The notes beneath the pieces are model-generated. The model made no database searches and had not been told where the DNA came from. It saw only the letters and a program-made list of their open reading frames with translations. 64,000 nt of DNA from Eledone cirrhosa. Taxonomy: Eukaryota. This document shows, piece by piece, positions 55,208 to 64,000 of this stretch. The stretch lies in assembly GCA_964016885.1 (NCBI GenBank), contig OZ024742.1:59334001-59398000 (forward strand), read 5' to 3'. Within the stretch, counting starts at the first letter, position 1, and each line of letters begins with the position of its first letter. A program made the translations under genes and the position numbers.

Positions 55208-58200
55208 TTTTCTCTTTCTCTTAAATTTCGAGTATATTTTTTTGACCGGCCACCTTCCTGGTGGCAAGGTTGTAAAAGAAAAAAAATTGTCATCCCTTGA
55301 ATCGCAAGAATGTTTTGCAAATTTTGAAGGTGCCAGCTATCGCAGCCATTTGTAGACTATGAATTAGGGAGCTGCGCTTTTTGTCCGCAAATCCAAGTTC
55401 AGTCATACTTTGGTCCAAGCGGGTTGGTATATAAACCGTAGCACCAATAATGATGGGTATGAAGCTAAAGGTGTATCTTGGATACTGGATTTGTAAACTC
55501 CTCATCAATGGTCCGTAGATGTCCTCCTTCTCCTGTATTTTTCTGACAACTTTTACATCAAGTGGGCAGCTGATCTCCACAACAGAACACGTTTTCAATG
55601 TGTGGTCCCAAACTACAATATCAGGCCGGTTGTGCTTTAATTTGGTGGTAGTTTTTATTTTCAGGTTCTACCAGTATTCCTTAGTGCCATCTGTCTCAAT
55701 ATATTCTTCCTCGTTTGTTGTTAATTTTGTTTTCCGAAGTGCGTTCCAGATGGTTCTAGCTATCCCATCGTGTCTCATGGGGAGGTAGTAGCGAGATGAC
55801 ATTCTTTCGCAGCTGGCAACAATGTGGCTTACATCCTCGATCTTTGTTTTACATAGCCTACATTTATTGTCAGCTGCTGGCCCTCCTCTTTTGTGCAGCA
55901 GATATTTGGTAGGGAGTTGTTGCTCCTGTATTGCATAGAGATATCCATCAAGGTGTGATGTCATAAACTTGTCGGAACTCCATGCTAGGCTTTTTGGGTG
56001 GTTTATCCCCTCTATGGTCTGTGTTTTACGCCTCAAGTATCCATGCACAACTTTTTCTGTAAATTGGTCAATTTTTTTATCTTGTTTGAACATTGAATAG
56101 GATCTTCCGATTTCTCTGGGTGAGAGATTTATATCAGGCTTTATTCCATATCTCTCCTCCAGATCAGTCGCTATTCTAATGATATTTCTTTTTTCATGCT
56201 CATAAACCTGGGCAAGATGGTTGCCAACCTTTTTCCTCTGTTGAAGGTGTTGCTTCAGTGTTACTATCCGGGTCTCATATGTTGTTAATATTGATTTTAG
56301 ACCCCGGCCACCTTCCTTGCGTGAGAAGTATAGCCTAGCCACATCACCATTGATGTTAAAGTTCCCAGTAACACTGAGAAGTTTTCGAGTTCTAACATCC
56401 ATCTCACTTAGTTCTTGCAATGACCAGTTCAGTAGGCCAAATGTTGGCGTTAGAATTGGCACAGCATAAGTATTGTGGGCAATGTATTTGTTGTATGCTG
56501 ACAGTTCTGATGACCATATTTTCTTTACTCTTCTGAGGTATTCAGTTCTGGTTCTCTCCTTATTTATGGGTCCATCATATCTGACATTCTCATCCTGTCC
56601 AAGATATCTGTAGTTGTCACCTGACTGCAGAGGTTGTATTGCCAGGCCGTTCATCTCTAGATTTCTAGAGGAAGGCACAGCTCTTCCACGTTTTACTGCC
56701 AAATATGCACACTTGGACTCATCAAATTTCATTTTGATGTCGGTTGAAAATTGTGTAATGAGGTCCAATTGTTTCTTGATGTCATTGATATTTGGCCCAT
56801 ACAACTTCAGGTCATCAACAAAGAAAAGATGGGAGATACTTCTTGGCCCACTTCTTTGTCCACCTTGTTCCCTGAGTAGGTAAGATAGTGGATTCAGTGA
56901 GAGAACGAAGAGTAGCACTGACAAGCTATCACCCTGAAAGATGCCCTTCTGGTAATGTATCTTATCAGTCTTAACCTGCTCCTTCTCACCTCTAAGGATC
57001 AAACTGGTGTACCAGTTCTTGGTCAGGCGTTCAACAGCAGCTACCAATGGTTGTGGGACTTTAGCTAACTGTAAAGCCTTAACAATCCACCCATGAGGTA
57101 CACTATCAAATGCTTTTTGATAGTCCAGCCACACGACAGTCATGTTTCTGCGATTCTTTGTTGTTTTTTCCTGAATCATTTTGTTAGTTAGTAGGTGATC
57201 TATGCAACCCCACACCTCCCTCTTTCCACCAGCTTGCTCAGGTGTTATGATGTTGTTGGTAGCACAATGATCCTGTAAGAACAGGTTAAGGCACCCAGTA
57301 TATAATTTATGCATGATGTTTTGGCAGGCTATTGGGCGGTAATTTTTAGCAAGGGTGGTTTGGCTATTTTTGGGAATGAGGAGAGTAGAGGCAGTTGATA
57401 ACCATCTGGGCAGTTCTTGTGTGCCCTTAATGGTTTCTGTAAACAGCCGTATGAGATCTTGCCGATAGAAAGTGAAATTCTTCAACCAGTATCCTGTAAT
57501 GAGGTCTGGGCCTGGCGATTTCCTATTCGACATTTTCTGTAGAGCTGTTTCCAGTATTGACCCATCTATGTCATATTGTTTTGTCTGGACATGTTGGCAG
57601 TAGTCCTGTTCCAGTTCTTTTAGCCAATTAGCTTGTTTGTTGAATCCGTCATCCGTTTCCCATACAGATCTCCAGTAGCTCTCAACCTGTTCTTTTGAAG
57701 GGGTGTCATTTACAGAGATTGAGCTTTTGCCACCGAAGCTGCGATAAACTGATTTAGGATCTCTGGCAAACAATCTATTTAGCACTTGTCGTTTATGTGC
57801 TGTTGACTTATATTTCAGTCTTTCTGTTGTAGCTATGAGTTGTTGTTTCATTCAACTGGTGTAATTTGGAGTTCAAAGTTTTAAATTTTGTATCTCCAAA
57901 TCGTCTCTCTAACTTTTTCTTTAGGTCTTCCTGGTGTCGTGTGAAGTTGCTCTCTATGTTGCATTTCATAACAACTGCGATGTGTGAGATACTTCGTCTC
58001 AGGGACAAAATTTTGGATTTTAAATTTCGCATCCACGCTGGTTCAGGCTTTCTGCTTGTATCTTGATTGCGTGGTTTTAGATGTGTGTTATATGATAGCA
58101 ATGTGACAGCTGAAACATATAACACAACATTAAGCGTTTCAAATGTCGTTTCTACACCTTTAGATTGTATAGCCTTCAGATAACTGCCAGCTATTTCGTT

Positions 58201-58879
58201 CACCGCTTCCAATTCCAATTTAGTGGGTTCTTTACTGACTCTAGTGTTGTATGGTCTGTCACTCACATTAAGGCTGTGTATCTCTTGAAACATATCGTTC
58301 CATATCACTTGTAGGGAGCCCACAAGTTTTTGGTGCTCTGTTTGTTCAGTAGAGTCATGAATTTCAGCCTCGTTGTTGATGTGGTGACAATTACTACTAG
58401 AGTCAGCTGACCTTTCTCGCTGTTCTTCAGTGGAAGTGGGATGGATTTCAGAAAAATTGTTGATGAGCTGTTCACTGTTAGATTTAGCTGGCCATTCTCT
58501 TTGTCTGTCAGTGGAGGTGGGGTGGTTGTCTACAAGGGCTGTATTTGTAGTATCACTCAATTCCGTTAGATGTATCAATTTACATCTAATGATACGTTTT
58601 GCCTGTTCATTTAAATTCTTTGGAGAAAAGTCTAATTCTGGGTGTTTGGAGTTCCATAAAGTTTTTAGCCTTTGCATAAAACCGAACTTTTTGGGTTCAG
58701 ATTGTTTGTATGCTTCATATAATACTTTGTTAAGCTCGTAGCTCCACTGTGTACAACGGTTGTAATTGCGATTTGGTCGAAGGAGACTTGTACTTTTTGC
58801 CATGATGAGTTCGTCTATTCACTAATATTTCGTATTTATTTTTCAAAATAGTCGATGATCTTCTTTAAAAGTTACGACA
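55208..58879 (-). mobile_element. near-intact, apparently full-length R4/Dong-clade RLE non-LTR retrotransposon in a (CATA)n repeat
   Basis: A single ORF broken by two lesions, with (TATG)n on both sides (55143-55207 and 58880-58995). Confidence 0.93.
55290..58803 (-). pseudogene. RT-RLE polyprotein with one frameshift (~57850) and one stop (55668)
   Basis: KSPGPD, NYRPIAC, EQAG, LDYQKAFDSVPH, GIFQGDSLS, HLFFVDDLK, CRLC..EDVSHIVASC, RHD, HNRPDIV..E, IPIIIGA. Confidence 0.95.
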
Positions 58880-59000
58880 TATGTATGTATGTATGCATGT
58901 ATGTATGTATGCATGTATGTATGTATGTATGTATGTATGTATGTATGTATGTATGTATGTATGTATGTATGTATGTATGTATGCATGTATGTATGAGTTC

Positions 59001-59172
59001 GCTCTGCTAAAATGTAACACAGTACAACCTCTACACGGTCGGGTCATCGGTGACTAAACCGGCAACCACGCCAAGCTTGCTTAGTGAGGAGGGTGATTTT
59101 GGACACCCTGTGGGATGAAAAGCAATACCTGTCAAAGGGCGGAGGAACTCGGGAGAACCAACGGCCATCCAA
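59001..59172 (+). mobile_element. probable RTE-type 5' UTR fragment
   Basis: Resembles RTE 5' ends as I recall them (gtgaggagggtg..ggacaccctgt.gga..aaaa..acctgtcaaagggcgga.gaac). Not database-verified. Confidence 0.4.
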
Positions 59173-60029
59173 TAAATTATTTTTTCTTTTGTGGATCGAG
59201 AAACTCCTACTCTTCATTAAGATATTTCTCTTGGAGAAGGTCACTTTGATATAAAACCTGCGACTTCGTTTGCATCCAATGACGTAGACCAGTTCTTCTT
59301 TTTGGGTAAATGCATTCGATGTTAAGTGATTGGGATTGGCCCTGTACAAAGCCTTTCCTCACTTAAAAAAAGCTTCAAGCACAGGAATCGCTTGATATGT
59401 GACATTTGTTGCATGGCATTGCTGGCTATATGCAAGTTCCTAGCAGGACTTAAATGCCACGTTTGTAATGCTCATGCTTAAATATCAAACGATGGCATTA
59501 CTCAAAATCAAGTTGCAGTCATCATTATGTATGTATGTACGTTCGGACGTATTGTGACCGGACTTCTCTGTCTTAGAGATGTATATGAAAGCTGTTGATA
59601 ATCCTTGTGTTATTTACACGATGGACTAGCTAGCCAGTGTCCAAACAATTGTACATTTTGTTGTTACATGTCAGGATAAACTGGTGGTTTCCCCACATTT
59701 TTCTTGATTTCGTTGTTTATGATCCTATCTCTAAAGTTTATTTCTTTGTCTTCATATGGAAAAACCTGCTATGTTATTTGTTAAACAAAAGAAAATGACC
59801 TGAGCATTATTTAAACGTACCAATATTCCTTGGTTGGCGATGTTTACTGAATAAATTTTCATAAATCAATCATCAAAATCCCACTGAACATAATTGAATA
59901 TAATCGAACATTAATGATATTCATACAGAGTTCAAGTTCACTGGCATTAAAAAAAACATCGAATTCCTATTATAATTATGTGAATAATCATCGTTTTCAA
60001 TTTATATTTCGATTTTTTGTATTTATGTA

Positions 60030-60108
<79 letters not shown>

Positions 60109-60110
60109 TT
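60030..60110. repeat. (TAC)n microsatellite
   Basis: Directly visible. Confidence 0.97.
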
Positions 60111-60449
60111 ACAGCGCCCTTACGATTCTACCAGGAGTTACGAGACAAGAAAAGAAATACATGTGGCTATAGCCCAGCCAACAGCGTTAATCCACCCACA
60201 TAGGGGCCCCTGCAGTTGTGTGCAGACACATGTGTCTACTTGATCTTCCCCTTTTGTATACGCGGCGGAACATTCACAATGTTAGTGCTAGTGTGTGAGA
60301 TGAGGCGGCACCAGCTCTGGGCTGCTGCTTTATTTATTCACTCTGAATGTGTTAAAGGCAAAATGGTTCTCGACAGTATTTCAACATACAGCACTGTGAG
60401 CCGGCGCAAATATCACGATATATTCTATAAAACACTCCAATATCTTTGC

Positions 60450-60625
60450 TAGTGGAAACGTGAGCGTTCGGCTGAAGATCGTATGGTTGTTTGTTCCAGT
60501 ACCGACGGCATTGCGTCGTGTTCTTGAGAAAAAACACTTTAGTTCACGTTTCTTCGGTTACCTCAGCTGGCAAAAATACGTTGTGCCTGCATTTCATGGC
60601 GCCAGACTTGGCACATGCTGTCACG
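60450..60625 (+). mobile_element. degenerate SINE family A
   Basis: gcgtcgtgttcttgagaaaaaacactttagttcacgtt matches the family A body. Confidence 0.55.
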
Positions 60626-61940
60626 GGGAAGCGTCAAGGCCTAATGTATTTTGGCATTCGACTGCCTTTGTATGTCTTATTTTCTAGATATAGAAAACGT
60701 TACCAATGATTACACTAAACAGTAAAGGGACATAAACTACAAGTTGCCGATAGCTTTCCAAACTGGCAAACATCCTTTCTTGATCAGCAAGCAAAGACGC
60801 AGAGGTCAGCAGTAGAATTACGATCGCCAATCGTTGCTTTTCGGAGGCTAGGCGATAATGTATGAGAGCAGAGAGGAAGTCACAGCCATACTATTAAGCT
60901 GGAAATCTATTGAGCAATGTTGTTCACCATCGTTCTCTATGCCTGATTATATTGCCTCCCGTGTTTGTTTTATCAACAAGGAGATGTGATTTGACGTCTT
61001 TGTATGTTATTTAGTTGTTATATCTAGCATGTCAAGTAAATAGAAATGGGATTGCTTTCTTTGCATGATGGATGGGAGGTTGTTATTGTCATTTACCCAT
61101 ATGGCAGCTCTTAATGAAAACATTCCACTTATGTACAAAACTTTTGTTATATATCTAGGCCTAGATGAGTGAAACCCTTTTTTAAATATATAGTATGGTA
61201 GGTTTTGAGGGATCCTAACCGCTATCTCTCACTACTCGAACGACTACAGACCGAATTTGCTCTTGGATCGTTGATAGGAAGTATATGTGCGTGAAGGCGA
61301 TATTTCCATCGTGGTATATTTCCTATAAAATATGTCTGAAGGATGTGAATGACTAAACCAATCTCTGCGTAGTTTTACTGAAATATTATACCACTAAATA
61401 ATCTTATACATGGAATTATTACTTATGCCACCGCGTAAAAGATACGCCATATCTCTTTACAGAAAAAGGAAAGAAAAAACACATTAAATCTTAGGACAAC
61501 TATAAAGTCTCTAGATTAAAAAAGTATATTGCGATGTGACTTGATAATTTTACATTGATGGAATTGATTTTTTTAAGGAGAAAAGCAATTATAATCGGCA
61601 TAGAGGGTTGGCAGTTATGCTTTTTCTGGTCTGGCTGTAGATTGGCATGGGTCCAGAGTATCAAAACGTTTCTAGTCCAACACAGATTCTTCTACTGCAG
61701 CTATATCAAATATTCTTCTAGATTGGGAAGTGTGCAACATAAACATACATGATAGCTTATAGATTCGCTACCGTTTCAGTATGATGAATGGCTATGTAAA
61801 TTGATGGAGATAAAGACAAAACCTCTGAACAATAGTTTCCACGAAAATCAGGAGAAAATAAAAAATAGACAAATCAAAAACAAAACCACAAATTATTATA
61901 CAAGTACAATCACTTGTAATAAGAAACGCACACGCATCAA

Positions 61941-61943
<3 letters not shown>

Positions 61944-62034
<91 letters not shown>

Positions 62035-62079
62035 CATATATATACACATATATATATATACACATACATATATATATGT

Positions 62080-62116
<37 letters not shown>

Positions 62117-62166
62117 TATATATTTATATATATATATATATATAAATATATATATATACATATATA

Positions 62167-62205
<39 letters not shown>

Positions 62206-62252
62206 GTGTGTCTGTGATTGTATATATATAAATATACATGCATATATATATT

Positions 62253-62284
<32 letters not shown>

Positions 62285-62305
62285 CGTGTGTGTGTGTGTG
62301 TGTGT
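61944..62305. repeat. compound (TA)n/(TG)n microsatellite
   Basis: Directly visible; it is the source of the YI/CV-repeat ORFs. Confidence 0.95.
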
Positions 62306-62763
62306 GGAATTGATTGTGGATTAGGTTCAAATCTAAAATACTTTATCTTGTAATAAGTTCAGAGGAAACTAATAATATATTTTATATCATGTTAACAAAA
62401 TAAATAAATAAATAAATAAAACAAATGAATGAAAATGAAAAAAGGAAAACAGTAAGTATATAGTTTAGAGACTCGGCTATTATAATCTTACTAACTATAT
62501 TATATAATCGATAGTTGCGAGGGTTATTTGAAACAAATACATAATCCACATAAACAGAAATGGTTGCCAAATCTGACGTTATATTCTCTGGGATATTTTT
62601 GAACATATTTAATACTTTTAATACATACGATATCACAGTTCTAATTAAACGCAAAAAATAATCAATCTTAATATATAAAAGGTCCCAAACATACATATAT
62701 ACACTGTAATTTCATGAAAAAATAATTTACTTTTGTACTTTACTATCAAATCAGAAAATAAGG

Positions 62764-62800
<37 letters not shown>

Positions 62801-62801
<1 letters not shown>

Positions 62802-63710
62802 CTGTACTGAAGGAGGGGACAGTAGGCCAGGGGATGTCCAAGGAGGAAATAACATCAAGGAGGAAGAGCAGCCTTAAGGGAAAATCCCTTAGTAGTACCT
62901 TCTTTGAGAAAACTGAATTTAGAGATCCACAGACATGGAACTGGTTGAGAAGAGGAGACCTCAAAAAGGCTACAGAAGGAATGCTAATGGCTGCGCAGGA
63001 GCAGGCCCTCAAAACGAAGTGGTTGAAGCACCATATTTACAAGGAGGAGGCTAGCCCACTATGCAGGATCTGTGGAGAGAGAGAGGAGACTGTGGCTCAC
63101 ATTGTGTCCGAGTGTAAACACCTAGCCCAGACCCACTATAAGGGCTGGAGACACGATGTGATGGGCAGGGTGATCCACTGGCACCTGTGCAAAGTAAACA
63201 ATTTACCACACTCTGAGAAATGGTATGAGCATAGGCCAGAGGCGGTGATGGAGAACAATCAGGTGAAGGTGCTGTGGGATTTTAGGATACAGACGGACAA
63301 AAAACTGGAACACAATAGACCTGACCTGGTGGTTGTGGACAAAGAAAAAAGATCGTGTCTGATTGTGGATGTGGCCTGCCCTTTCGACACGAGAGTGCAA
63401 GAGAAGGAGAGGGAGACAATTAACCGATACCAGGACCTAAAGTGGGAGGTGAAAAGGATTTGGAACTGCCATGAAGTCAAAGTGATCCCGATTGTCATAG
63501 GCGCACTGGGGACTATCTCCAAAAGTTTCCAGGGATGGTTAAAGAAAATCGGCCCCGTCACGCTTTTTGGAACGCTTCAAAAGGCATGCTTGCTTGGAAC
63601 AGCAAGAACCCTCCGATACGTCCTGAATATCTGAGGCTGCAGGTAGTGGCTTGATATTCATTCCAACGGACTTTCCAGTTAACCAACATCAATGACTGAG
63701 ATTCAAGGAA
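62801..63710 (+). mobile_element. 5'-truncated Dong/R4-like RLE element in (TAA)n; the 266-aa C-terminal ORF is open
   Basis: AAQEQAL, CRIC..EETVAHIVSEC, RHD, WDFRIQTD, HNRPDLV, DVACP, K..YQDL, PIVIGALG. (TAA)n at 62765-62800 and 63710-63732. Confidence 0.92.
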
Positions 63711-64000
63711 TAACAACAATAATAATAATATAACAGAGAAAAACAAAAACAAAAAACGTAAAGAAAATAAGAATGAAGAGAGAAGCAGGCGGACGGACAG
63801 AGAAGAGGGGGGAAAAACTAAAACTAAAAAAACAAAAACTAAGTCAGACATTCGAACACTACATTACAATGAAACTTATGCTTATTCATTTTTGGGGCCC
63901 TTTCTGCCTGTGTGTTTGTTTGTTTATGTGTGTTCGTATACAGCCTGGTGATAATGCCACACCAGGGCCAAGTGGAACGGCGAATCCACAGATGGCTATG

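Noticed and set aside
63940-64000. GC-rich multi-hairpin containing ggcgaat, resembling an HDV J4/2 strand
   Set aside because: It folds as simple hairpins, the nested pseudoknot could not be built, and the window end truncates it.

Overview
Eukaryotic, AT-rich, microsatellite-dense DNA made up almost entirely of transposable elements. I recognise no host gene exons. The SINE types and the (TA)n/(CA)n load resemble a cephalopod (Octopus-like) genome, but this is inferred from memory, not from a search. Contents: three Tx1/L1-clade LINEs, one full-length with a 17-bp TSD; several R4/Dong-type RLE LINEs sitting in microsatellites, one near-intact; a Helitron with canonical ends carrying a mariner and a 46-bp minisatellite; Penelope-like (PLE) RT and GIY-YIG fragments; RTE fragments; SINEs; and foldback palindromes. 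The most notable signal is about ten type I hammerhead ribozyme (HHR) motifs, ranging from complete to degenerate. These include an apparently identical 2.5-copy 591-bp tandem array (19214-20700) whose three HHRs have a compensatory U3-A8 core and a branched stem II, an arrangement that could yield circular RNA. A second large-stem-II HHR family shows base-pair covariation between two copies (7152 and 43134). All structures were folded by eye. Element boundaries are approximate unless a TSD or terminal motif is quoted.
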